A DNA stretch of 64,000 nt, taken from Camelus ferus. Lineage: Eukaryota. The position numbers were made by a program, and so were the translations under genes. The notes beneath the pieces were generated by a model. That model had not been told where the DNA came from. It was given only the letters and a program-made list of their open reading frames with translations, and did not search any database. This document shows positions 23,196 through 35,150 of the stretch, in pieces. The stretch is taken from contig NC_045702.1 of assembly GCF_009834535.1 (NCBI RefSeq), positions 75,826,001 through 75,890,000 of the forward strand. Reading direction: 5' to 3'. How positions within the stretch are numbered: position 1 is the first letter of the stretch; each line of letters opens with the position of its first letter.

Positions 23196-25899
23196 ACTGG
23201 CTCACTGGCTTCACTCTCTCATTTTCCATTCACTTCTCAATTCCCCGACCAAGGTTTATACTAGGGGTGGAGAGTGTAATCCAATGTTGACAAAAGTCAA
23301 CAAAGAAGAGAGCTTTAAGAAAGAAGGGCTGAATAATCAGTGGTGAGATGACAGTGAGAGATCCAATGAGGTGTTTGGCTATGTGGAGTCTACTTGTGAC
23401 CTAAGACCAGAACAGATCCAAGAAGGGTTGGTGATGGATGACTTGTCCTGGTCAGCACCCTCTGCTGTGGACCCAGATGGTGAGGCATAAACAGGAAACC
23501 CTGTGAGATTGGCCTCAGCTGTTCCCTTCCCACAAGAGGGCTCAGGATCTTCCCAGGAAGGTTCCTACCCTGCAGAAAGCTCCCTTCTCCCCAGACTTGG
23601 GTGTCAGAGCTCTGGGGGCTGATCTAAAGTCCTTCCACCCATTTGCTGTCTTCCCAACCCAACATGATGTCATAAAGCCAAATCGGCAGTTTAGAGCTGG
23701 AGAAAGAGAAAGTAGGAGTCTCCGGTTCCTAGATGCTAATGAACGGTTCACAACCAAGCAAGTTTTTCTATCATGAAATCAGGGGTATATTCATTTGCGA
23801 ACCTTAAGACAACAGGGGCTACCTTCTCGCCTCCCTCTTCCCCTACATCACACAAACATAGCCCTGGGCCCATCCGGGTGCTACCTTCTCTTCCAAATGC
23901 ACAGCCACTTTTCAACATCCATTTCCCTATTCTCCTTCATATGTTTACAACCCCACCCATTTTCCCTCTTCCCCACCCCACCTAGCACTTTGTACAGATC
24001 TTACTGGAAAATCCAGACATTCAGCTTTGTGGATTTTAAATAGAGAAGTATGCAGAGTGAAATGAAATGATGCTGGAGTCGTGACATCATGGACCCAGAA
24101 ACCCAACTTTGGATTCCATCTAGCAAGAGCACCTCCATGACCATGAAGCTGAGAGACCACTCAAGGTTTAGAAGTGCCTTTAACACTGTAAAATCCACAG
24201 ATTGCTTGCTTATGTTCCCTTTAAAAATATCTGAAGAAAGCATTCTCTTCCGGAGGGTTTCTGCCAGCATGATTCAAGCTCAGAGGATCATTACAGACTA
24301 ATCATCATTATGACATGGTTGTATTTCAGTTATCCCCTGTGTAGTCTGGGTACATTAAAGAGTGAGAGAAGTGCGTTAAAAATCATAGTGTGCATTAAGA
24401 GTTCTTAAAGCATGTTGGACAACAGCGAGGGGATAAATTCTGGAAGCAACAACAGAATCTTTCAGAGGTTTCTCTAGCACTTACTCAGAAACCATAATCT
24501 TACCTTGTGATGTGGAACGAGGACTGTAACTGAATAATGGGGCAATCATTTTATTATACTTTGTGTTTCTACGTGCTCTGTGATGTAAAACCCAACAGGC
24601 TGTTTTCTTTCAGCCCAAATCTGGCCAACTCGGTGCACTGACCCAACTCTGCAGTCTTTAAGGTACCCCTAAGCCCTGGTTAACAGTGCCAAAGTCTATG
24701 AAAATCATCCAAACCGTGGAATCGATTGTACTATTTGTGGTCTATATCAGTGCAGGCATAGTCCCTAATATGTTGGAGAAAAGAAAAAGCAGCATCCCCT
24801 GAGAATTTGTCCTAAAGAAAGAAATTTTAAAAACAGAGTTTTATATGCAAAGACATTCATTATTGATAATAACAAAAGAAGCGGAAACCTACCTACACAT
24901 CTGATAGTGGTAACATAGTTGAGAATGGAATATTGAGCATGGAATGGAAAGGAATGAGATTGGAATGGCATATTACACAGTCATGCAAAACTGATGCTGA
25001 TGCTACCAGGAGGGGAAATGTAGGAAATTGTTTTTAATATAATGTTAAAAATGTCATCTAGACTGTGATTCCAACTATGCCAAATAAGAGCACTTTTAGA
25101 TAAGGAATAGAAAGAAACATGAGAAGAAAAACTTTGGTGTCTCACAGTGACTGGACTGGAGGTGATTCATCTTTATAACCATTACTTTTGTAGCTGTTAT
25201 AATGTTGATTGGATACTGAATAACTAAACCTTGGAAGGAAAAGGTGAACACTCAATTGAGACATTTTCTATGCCAGTCAGAAAAATTGGTGATGCTTGAG
25301 ATCATTTCTCATTCTTCCTTGCTCCTTCAAAGCCACCTGTAATCTTCACCCAGATGTAGGGAACATGCACACCTGGGTTCTCAAGGGACCCCCTTGCCAG
25401 GAAGACTGTGCTGTTTGTTTAATGGACCGGAAACCTCAAACTTTTCAGTCTTTTTGAAAGCAAGTCTAAAGTGCATTTGAACCATTTGTTGGTGGGGTTT
25501 TTCCATGACAAATACGCACAAAAATCTTGCGGACAGAAAATGATACATTTGTTCTTTCTCTCTTTTCTCTTTCTCTTTCCCACTCNNNNNNNNNNNNNNN
25601 NNNNNNNNNNNNNNNNNNNNNNNNNNNNNNNNNNNNNNNNNNNNNNNNNNNNNNNNNNNNNNNNNNNNNNNNNNNNNNNNNNNNNNNNNNNNNNNNNNNN
25701 NNNNNNNNNNNNNGAGATCAGAGTACCGAGATGGATATGGGAGAGAGTTGAAGTATCCACTTCAAAGCATCTTCTAAATCTAGATCGGCAGAGATGGGAA
25801 TGATTTTCTGGAAGAAGACGTGATCATGGATTAAACACCAGCTCATTGGAAACTATCATTGAATAAGGGCAGATAACATTCATGAGAAATCACCTTCAG

Positions 25900-28300
25900 G
25901 AAATATTTTAAGGAAGAGGAATATAAATGTGCTAGAATGAACATGTAAAATATATATGTACTGAAATTTGTAAACTGTCCTTTTTTAATCAAACAGAAAA
26001 TAAAAAGCTTTAATCTTGCAAAATTATTTTAAAAAAAGGCAGTCAATCCTAAATTATTCCTATCTCAATAGCCAAGAAGCTGATCAGGCATCAGTGATTG
26101 AGAAAGCGTCTTAGAAAATGCCTCTGAATATTTTCGTAGGAGCCATGACCTTCGGTTCCTGTCTCTGCCGTTCATTTATTTCACTGTGTAATTAGTTACA
26201 ACCACTCAGTTAAGAGATGTAATGCTTCAAACGTTTTACTGAGTCTGTGTTCAGTTTAATCTGTCTGTACAAGTTATTACTGAGAAAGTGTTTCTGAATA
26301 TACCATTACTCCATCAAGCTGTATATTACACCTTCACATCATAGACTTCCCTATCTTTCAGGAAACGGCATCAAGGAACTCTAAAAAAGATAGAAAGCTC
26401 ATTTTCACCTTGGATGCTCACATGTAATATATAGGCTACTATCAAACAAACACTTTTTCTAATTCTCCCTAGTATATGCATAGGAATTCAATATACTTTA
26501 CAAATAGACATCTAAAATATCTTTTTTTTTTCCTATTTCTTTGCCGACATGTCATCAGAAATCCATATCCTTTCTTTCCCTTACTGACAGGCACGCATCT
26601 TTATTTAAAAAAAAAATCATTCCATTAAACCTATTTCTAAATGATAGTAAGTGGTACTAACAAAATAAGTAATAATTTAATAGCCTTAGAAATAAATGAA
26701 TATATACTTACACAGGTCAAAGAAACTTAGTAGGAGTAAGTTGCCTTTTTGTTGACTAACGTTGGTTTTAAGACCACTCAATTTTTTTTAGTTGATTGGC
26801 GTCTGGAAGTAGTGACAAATGATCAGTTGTCTTCAACAATCTTTTGCTCCCAGGCTTCCCCCACCGTCACCCTCACCACATATCCTGCCAATCTGCAACA
26901 ACACAAAAACATTTAATATCAAAGTAGCCAATTCCTTGAAAATGAACACAAGCTAAAATGTATGTGCAGGGGTAGTCAGTGTAAGCCAAACCATGTTCTC
27001 TACCTGAGCAGAAAACATGTGAGTGTAGAATGCCTTCATTTTTAGACTTAAGATTAAGATCCAATTAGCATAAATCACTGGAACACCACACAGGATAATA
27101 CAAGAAGTGGTACAGATTACGGTGGATTTCTCTTACCCTGTCTCTGTTAGGACCACACTCAGTTTTGCCAAGTGTTTCTGGTACTAGCCATTTTTTCACC
27201 ATAAATGAGATTAGGTTTCAAATGGCTAAATGAATATTAAAGATACAGTCAAACAAGTGCAACCCAATTCACAAAGACACGGATTTTCTCAAGCACCCAA
27301 TTAAGGGAATACTTATTATCTCTATAAAGTATTAGCCATCTGGGAGTTATTTGTTGCTTTAAATAATAGCTCTCCCACTACTTTCAAACCACTCTACTTA
27401 CTAAATTTAATTACACACAACTTTTCAAGAATTCATCATTTATTTAAAGGGAGGTACCTCTCTACTTTACCTACAATAAAAATAGAAGGTACTGGCTTTC
27501 TCTAATCCATGTAAATTACAGGTTCCACAGGGAGTCCTACAGGACTAGTAGCGGCGTTTATGAAAGTGAAAAAGTGCTTCACATCCACATGCAAATGTTT
27601 TTAACAAGTTTTCTCCATAAAACCTAAGTGTGATTTAGCATCCACAGTGCTCTGAAGAGGGGTCATTGACCATGTACCATTTGTACATAGGTAATACACA
27701 TGTAAATCGCTAAATGTCAATTAAGTATAAGAAGTATGTTTTTACCTTTTTTAAAAAAAAAAAAAGTGACTCCCTTTCTCATTCTGTTCTGTTGTATTGC
27801 GTCCAAAAGTTGTGTGTAATTTTTTTAAGGTCCAGGAATTGTAAAGAAATTTGTTGGAATATCTGAATTTCTGTAAAAAATAAAAATAAAAATAAGATTT
27901 TGTTATTTAAAAGATTGCTTGGTGGTGTGGCATACCTTCGGTATCCGTCTTTGTCCAGTGATCCAACGGCAGGTGATGATTTGAATGAAATAACTATTTT
28001 TGGGAAATCTGCTTGCTATCAGATTCCATAATATTTTGCCAACAGCAGACATTTATCAGATGTGAAGGACCGTCATGTGGAAGGCATAATTAACATCTCC
28101 AAAGCCTCTTCTAGCCAAATACAGGAAAACCTCAAGCTAAATCTTCATGGACTCAGTGGAATGAAATTGATAAATAAATAGCCAGACCATTAATATCCAA
28201 TTAATTGCTCCATCTCGACTTCTGCGTATTGGAAACAGCTACCTGTTCCTCAGACATGAGCCGCCCTTTTGCAATAGTTCATGTGTGTGTTGTCTTGGTA
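25900..28300 (-). pseudogene. Unidentified mRNA-3'-end-like block (possible retrocopy fragment or orphan terminal exon)
   Basis: ~2.4 kb with no recognisable transposon; U/G-rich on the minus strand; three minus-strand AATAAA; splice-site-like motifs; no clear poly(A) tail or TSD; parent gene not recognised. Confidence 0.4.
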
Positions 28301-28329
28301 GGTCCCAAAGCCAGACCCTTCATGTGCTA

Positions 28330-28470
28330 AGTAACTCTAAACAGTGCAAAGCCTCAGTGTCCTCACCTATTAAATGAACACAAGTAGTAATTCCTGGCCT
28401 CATAGTGTTGTGAGGCTCTAAATTGTAGTGTTGCCGCAGCGCTTGACTGGCAGGAGATACTCAGTGAGAT
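28330..28470 (+). mobile_element. MIR SINE
   Basis: gcctcagtgtcctcacctattaaatg..catagtgttgtgagg. Confidence 0.6.
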
Positions 28471-28724
28471 TTCATTCTTTCCCTCGTTCTATGTGCAAGA
28501 CATTGAAGAAGGAGAAGAAACATAAAACACAGCCTCTGTTCTCAAAATGTCAAAGATACTTAGAGTAACATTTATGAGCAGGGATTGAAAACTCAAACGC
28601 CTACAGGGGCCAGGAAGATAAAGCAAGCTGGGCTGGGAGGATAACAGGAAGCAGTGGGCACCGCGGAGCCCTGGAGAGCAGGGGTCCTGTCTAGAGATGG
28701 CGTCGCCAATGCTCAGTGCTCGTC

Positions 28725-29075
28725 CTTCAGGAGATGTGCAGAGTACTGACTGTGCGCCAAACTGGACAAACAAGGTCCCTGGTCTTACAGGTCTCCTGTT
28801 CTAGTAGGAAAAGAGATAATGTCAGCTAATAATAGTCGGTGCCCTAGAGAGAATCGAAACACGGTGATGTGGTGCAGAAGCAAGGAGGCTGATCAAGGAA
28901 GGCTGCTGTGAAAAGGTGGCATTTAAAGTGAGACCTGAATGATAAGAACGTGCCGACCGTGGGAAGGAAGGGGGAGGAACATGCCACACAGGGGAGCCAC
29001 TAGTGTAAGGGCACTAGGCAGGAATAAGGTGACTAACTGGAGGAGCAGCGAGGTGGCTGAGAGGGCTGAGAGTGA
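28725..29075 (-). mobile_element. L2 fragment
   Basis: gagtactgactgtgcgcca..tcaaggaaggct..ggtggcattt..gagacctgaatgataag. Confidence 0.65.
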
Positions 29076-29179
29076 TGGAAACTGTCCCACAATGTTTAAA
29101 AGATTATTCCTGGCTTCTGCTTCTGACAGTGTGAACTAGATACACTAAAAAGCCTTCCAGGTCTTGGACAAATCACAGT

Positions 29180-29940
29180 GAGCTTGTTTTTAATACACAG
29201 CTTAGCTTGCAAGGAAGTAAGAGAAATCCCAAAGGCATAAAAATGAGAAAGAAGAGTAAACGGAAAGCTGAACGTGAAGTGTAAGCAAATGCAAAAGCTG
29301 GGACTGTCTGAAGGCAGGTGCCTACATCGGAGTAAGGCTTGGGAGCCTTGGGCCACTGGAGTAGACGGGCTAAATGTGCAAATCTCACCCTAAGGACACT
29401 TGAAGATGGCCACTACCCTAGACAGGGGTGGCCCAGGAAGAATATTCATGCTGGTAAACAAAAGTAGCCTATCAAGAATTCTGTCCCCACACTAATTCTA
29501 GATAGAGGTAAAAAGCAAAAGAGGAATAGTCAGCAAAAATCCAGACTGTAGAACTCTGTCAGAGACTGAGTTCTACAATAGATAAAGTATAAGGAAACAA
29601 AAGGAGGGAGGGAGAATCTGTAGATTAAAAGAGACTTAAAAGACATAACAAGGTGTTTTAAAAAAAAAAATAGGCAAGACTAAATTACAGCATAAAGAAG
29701 TGCAAGGGAGAGATTGCTATGGAAGTCAGGACAGTGATTGTTGTGGAGGAAGAGAGGGGCTGGGAACTGCAGGGGGCATGTGGAGGGACTCCTGAGATGA
29801 CTAGAAAAGTTCTGTTTCTTGACCCGGGTTGTGGCTACAGGGTATCCACCATACTAGTTTCTCACTAAGCTCTGCATTTGCTTCATTGTGTTTTCTGTTT
29901 CTATGACTTACTTTACAATTTAGAAGTTTTAAAAAGTTTT
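29180..29940 (+). mobile_element. L1MC/MD-type 3' end
   Basis: tagattaaaagagacttaaaagacata; gttctgtttcttgacccgggttgtggctaca. Confidence 0.7.
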
Positions 29941-29949
29941 TTTTTAAGT

Positions 29950-30180
29950 TGTATTTCTCTATCAGGCAGCAAGCAATTAGAATATATAATTTTTAAAAAG
30001 TATTAACTAAAATAATGATTCCCAGGAATACATTTAGCAAAATATGTATAAACCTTTATGGAGCAAATTATAAAACTTCAGTGAAAGACTTGAAACAAAA
30101 TCTTTTAAAATGTAAGGATATACTATATTCACTGATAGGAAAACTCAGTATCATTAAGATCTGATTCTCCCCGAATTGGT
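29950..30180 (+). mobile_element. Old L1 ORF2 fragment
   Basis: aattataaaacttcagtgaaaga..gataggaaaactcagtatcattaagat. Confidence 0.65.
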
Positions 30181-30183
30181 TGT

Positions 30184-30675
30184 TGTTGAGAGACAGTTCT
30201 ACATGAGCCTCTGTGTTTCTGCACATCTTGCAAGAGACACTGACTGCCTTTATTCCAGGCTATCTTTTCAAGACTCTTTGTGTAGCAAACAGCCTGAGAG
30301 GATGGAGACAGGGTCTCCCTCCAGAGCAAAGAGTAGGTTTGTTTATTGTTCTCTAAGAAGATAATGTCTCCCTCTGGGGCAAAGTTGAGGTTGACTCATT
30401 GCCCGTTATAAAAGGTTCAGGTTCCCTAAGTTCAGTGTCCTCTCTGGTAACATAACCCACTGCACTGCAGGTCCCACCCAACCCTCTCCTCACAGCTCTC
30501 TGTCTGGGAACATGGCAGGGGAACCAACACCAGCATGCTGCTTGCTGGGCTGGGAGTAATAAATCCTGTCCTTTGTCTGTGACCCAGGAGTCTACTGTGT
30601 TCTGCCAGCATCCATGAGACTGTGGCAGGCTAGCTTCTTCGTCTGCAAGTAAGATAAAATCTCAGACCCTTCACA
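30184..30675 (+). mobile_element. Solo ERV LTR (probably ERVL class; family not assigned)
   Basis: TG...CA ends, TATAAAA at ~30407, AATAAA at ~30558, 5-bp flanks GTTGT/GTTCT (TSD with 1 mismatch). Confidence 0.8.
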
Positions 30676-31474
30676 GTTCTTCCCCGTTAACTACTTGGGA
30701 AATTGGTATATAGTTAAACACAGTGCAGACACTGCGAGGGTCAAAAACACATCTAGGAGTCAGGTTCACCCAATAGGTTTTGAGTTTCTGGTTTTCATCA
30801 AAAGGACGTGCTCTCATCCAAAAAAAGGGGCGTGCTCTCAAAAAGTAAACTGAATCCATGGCAAAGCACACTACAGGACAGGTGAGTGAGTGCAGGAGTA
30901 TTGGGGAGGCTAGAATAGATAGAGAGTTGGGTAAGATTCCCTTAACATGACCCCAGAGTGGAAGGCAAGCCTCAGATGGACTTTCTCAAAGTCAAGACTG
31001 AAGGAGCAGGAAGAAAAAATTGATAGCAAACCCTTGTGGCTGCATAACCGATCCTCCAACGTAGCATTTCTCAGCAGTAACACTGACATTTTGATTTCTG
31101 TGTGGCCCTCCCATTGAAGTTATTTAGGTAGGAGGATCAGATTGTCAATGGCTTTTAATTCCAGGTACTTTGAAGTTTGGACTTTATTTTGCAGGCAATA
31201 GGGAACTATGGAAAATTTTTGAACAGAGGAAAGATATAATCAAAGTGAGTTTTTAATAGGATTATTTCTTCAGCAGTGAGCAGGATGGAGTCAAGCAAAG
31301 TCAGTGAGAAGCAGAAAGTCCATGTAGTAGACTCTTCCAGTTGTGGAAATGGAGACTAAGAGGTGAAGACTGACGGATGTGGGGCATTAGAGAACAAAGA
31401 CGATGCTGGGGTTTCCAGTCTACATTTGTGTGTTGGGGGTGACCACGGGGTTGGGAGGGCTAACATGTTAAAAG

Positions 31475-31650
31475 GAGCAATAGCCAATATGTGGATGGCG
31501 CCGTATTGCTTACAAGTGCTTTCACATCCCTTATCGCATTAGCCCCCCCAGGACCCCTGTGAGGTATTATTATGCCCATTTAACAGCTGAGGAATCTGAG
31601 GCTCAGAGAGGCTAAATGATTTGCCCATAAGGTCACAGAGGTTGGTCTTG
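31475..31650 (-). mobile_element. MIR SINE
   Basis: cccatttaacagctgaggaatctgaggctcagagaggctaaatgatttgccc. Confidence 0.75.
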
Positions 31651-32603
31651 ACCATGGATGTTCTCACTCCGTGCTTTGATAATGCCTTTCAGATACGCTT
31701 TGGCTCTTGGTGGTCTATGGGCAGGAGTCAGCCTGTGTTTCCCTTTCAAAAGGCATGTTCTGAAACTTCAGTTTCTTGGAGGAATTAGCTGGATTCCATT
31801 TCTTTGATGCTGGTTTCCTGTGAACCTTCTAGAAGAGCCTATTATTTGCATATGATAGTTAGAGAAAAAAGAAAGAATCCATTTCTACTTTAGTTTTCCA
31901 TTTTGAGTCCAGGCCTTCCCTGAAATAAAAAGTTAATTCTTTCTCCTAGACAGGATATCAGATCATTAAAATTCATCCTGTGGGAGCCAAACCTTGGTAA
32001 ATTGAGATGAGCAAATGCATTTGCCTCACCTCTCACTGCCTGCCACTCACTCCCACATAAAAAGCTGGGAATCCCCTGCTAATGGGTGAGATCTATTTCA
32101 TTATCTCAACCACAGGTCAATAGACCCAGCAGCTCAGATGTCAAACCAACCTGTGGGTCATTTCTGGCTTCCTGAATTACTTAAATACTGGCTTTTTCTC
32201 TGGCATTAACTGAAAGGAACTTCCCCAAGGAGTAATTTGACAACTATATTTCAATTATAGACTAAAGGCTGATTCTTATCCAAACCAAGATGGTGGACTG
32301 AAAGAATTCTAGAAGTATGTGTATATGATATTACCTTACTGATGCAGTTTCCCAAGTCAAAACACTTACTTAAAACTGTCTTCCTCCAAAGCAGGAATTT
32401 CTAAAATTTTAGAAGTTTTCCTTACAAAAGCCTTTACGCTTTTCAGGTCTTTTAACTTTTAAAAGCTTGTGAATTATCTTCTAGGTGATTAAAACCCATT
32501 TTGAATTAAATACAGTTGCCCTGATCATGTCAAAAAGTGGCTTACAAGAGCTTAATTTACTATACAGACTTAGAAAGCAGCTGGGTTTTTAAAAATTGAT
32601 TTG

Positions 32604-32620
32604 TACTGCCATCTAGTGAT
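32604..32620 (-). promoter_or_regulatory. CTCF-like motif
   Basis: reverse complement ATCACTAGATGGCAGTA; one mismatch in the 14-bp core. Confidence 0.4.
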
Positions 32621-32984
32621 ACATTTCATTGCAAATTTCAATACCTTCGAGTGTGTTTCGGTAGGTCTGCTGGGTTACCCTTAAAAACATTGTAGAATAG
32701 AGGATTTACGCTTGCAAACAGAGACTAGCAACATACACATACTAGCAACGCTACGCAACATACAAGGCTCCTCATATACCTTGTAGGCTAAGAAAAATAT
32801 TTTAACATATTTAGAAAGGGGTCCTCTTAAACCACTGATGCTTCTTACATTAGCTTTTTTAATTACCTGATTTTTACCATAATTATCCCACATAAGCTAT
32901 TGATTTCTCCTAGGTAAATAAATTCAATCTGGCTGACTAATTTAATGGTCATTCTGTTTGGAGAGGTAGGATTGTGTACAGGTA

Positions 32985-33190
32985 AACACACAGGAGCTAG
33001 CATGATGCTGTCTGGGTTCAGATCCTAGCTCAGAACAATCTCTGTGCCCTTGGAGAGTTATGAAACACCTCCATGCCTCAGTTTTCTAATCTATAAAAGA
33101 GGGATACTAGTCAAATCTACTTCACAGAGTCATGCAAGAGACACTGTACGTAGCACAGGAACTAGCACAAAGTAAATGCTCAATGGAAGC
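32985..33190 (+). mobile_element. MIR SINE
   Basis: ctgggttcagatcctagctc..gcctcagttttctaatctataaaag..aaatgctcaat. Confidence 0.7.
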
Positions 33191-33334
33191 GCAAGGTACC
33201 ATTATATTGGTAGATCACAGTCAGCCTAATTTGCATAGCCCCTCAGGATGCCAAGATAGCAGAACAGCCCCCGTTCCATCCCATTAGCAAACAGATCTTT
33301 GGGCGCGATGAGGACCCAAGTCAGGTCTCTAGAC

Positions 33335-34352
33335 ACTAGAATTACCATATCCAGCAATTCTAGGTAAATACCTAAAAGAATAGAAAACAGAGGCTCAAAC
33401 AAATTTTGTACACCAATGCTCAATACAGTATTGTTCACAAAAGCTAAAAGGTGGAAATAATCCAAATAGGCATCAGCAAATGCATGAATAAATAAAATAT
33501 GATATATATATATACATCAGTGGAATAGTTTTCAGCCTTAATAAGGAATGAAATTCTGATACATTGCTACAACATGGATGACCTTGGAAAGATTATGCTA
33601 AGTGGAATAAGTCAGACTCAAAAGGATAAATATTATCTGATTCCAAAATATGTAAGGTACCTAGAATTGTCAGATTCACAGAGACAGAAAGTAGGATGGT
33701 GATTACCAGGGGCTGGAGGAAGTGGGGAAAAGGGAGTTATTGTTTTCTGGATACAGAGTTTCAGTTTGGGGTGATGAAAAAGNNNNNNNNNNNNNNNNNN
33801 NNNNNNNNNNNNNNNNNNNNNNNNNNNNNNNNNNNNNNNNNNNNNNNNNNNNNNNNNNNNNNNNNNNNNNNNNNNNNNNNNNNNNNNNNNNNNNNNNNNN
33901 NNNNNNNNNNNNNNNNNNNNNNNNNNNNNNNNNNNNNNNNNNNNNNNNNNNNNNNNNNNNNNNNNNNNNNNNNNNNNNNNNNNNNNNNNNNNNNNNNNNN
34001 NNNNNNNNNNNNNNNNNNNNNNNNNNNNNNNNNNNNNNNNNNNNNNNNNNNNNNNNNNNNNNNNNNNNNNNNNNNNNNNNNNNNNNNNNNNNNNNNNNNN
34101 NNNNNNNNNNNNNNNNNNNNNNNNNNNNNNNNNNNNNNNNNNNNNNNNNNNNNNNNNNNNNNNNNNNNNNNNNNNNNNNNNNNNNNNNNNNNNNNNNNNN
34201 NNNNNNNNNNNNNNNNNNNNNNNNNNNNNNNNNNNNNNNNNNNNNNNNNNNNNNNNNNNNNNNNNNNNNNNNNNNNNGACTATAGCCCCCACAAAATGGT
34301 AAAAATATACATTTTATGTTATATATATTTTACTACAACAACAACAACAAAA
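33335..34352 (+). mobile_element. L1MB-type 3' end spanning a 495-N gap
   Basis: acatggatgaccttggaaagattatgctaagtg; gagacagaaagtagg; (CAA)n tail. Confidence 0.85.
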
Positions 34353-34735
34353 TAGGCAGGGCCAGAGCCTTGGCCACACGTTCCTCTTCCCCACTCTTTA
34401 CCCTCATTACCTACAAATGCTGGCTAAGCAGCCCTGGGGCCCCAGCAGGCACAGGGATCCCAGCCAAGGGACACCAGGACCTCAAAGGAAGCCAACAGCC
34501 TCGCACACACAGACACCTTTTTGTATGACCTTCTGACACTTGGAGGGAGGACAGAGAGACAAGTCCCTGGGATCCTGGAAAGCTTCCAGGTCTTGTGGGA
34601 CAGTGGCTCTTAAACTCCAGCCAGGGCCCGGCTTCTCCCATGTGGCTGTCTGGGCCTGGTAAGTCTAAGTTATGCTTTCAAAAGAAGGGAAATGTCAGAA
34701 AAACGTACATGATTCTAATTTTCATTTGTGGGTAG

Positions 34736-34927
34736 ATCAAGGACTAAACGTGGACAACCTCGATGCCTATTGATTAACGCCAGAAACAGCTTAACTGAAC
34801 CAGTGAACCAAAAGTAAGCCAGTTCCAGAAACAGCTGTGGCTCCCAGCCCCATCGCTGGACTAGACGTCCACGAGACAAGTCAGAGATGGAGACCTAAAC
34901 GCCTGCTCTTCTATGCTTTATCGTCAG
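34736..34927 (+). ncRNA. Candidate non-coding exon (lncRNA)
   Basis: preceded by a 77-nt GTAAGT...TTCTAAT...TAG intron-like segment and followed by CAG|GTAAGT; all three frames contain stops; no expression evidence. Confidence 0.3.
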
Positions 34928-35150
34928 GTAAGTAATCTTACATGTGAAAGGGGCCAGAGAAAAGCAAAATCAAAAAGTCCCTTCCCCAAAACCCCATCAA
35001 AAATGCTTGGGCTTAGAAGAAAACAGAGTTTGGGCCCAGCTCTTTGAAAATATCTTATAATGAGACACATTGTTTTTCAAATGTATAACCCAGAATTTAT
35101 TCATCACGTATTTTCAGATACTGTTTTCAGATACTGTACTGACAGGATTG

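Noticed and set aside
27970-28080. GTGATGA C-box-like motif suggesting a C/D snoRNA
   Set aside because: No CTGA D box or terminal stem at a suitable distance.
28020-28150. ATGA motifs on the minus strand suggesting a SECIS element
   Set aside because: Spacing of the AA loop and GA quartet does not fit, and no convincing stem.
27906-28181. Plus-strand near-open frame (GVAYLRYPSLSSDPTAGDDLNE...KDRHVEGIINISK) with one internal stop
   Set aside because: No protein family recognised; strand composition favours the minus strand. A TBLASTX search would settle it.
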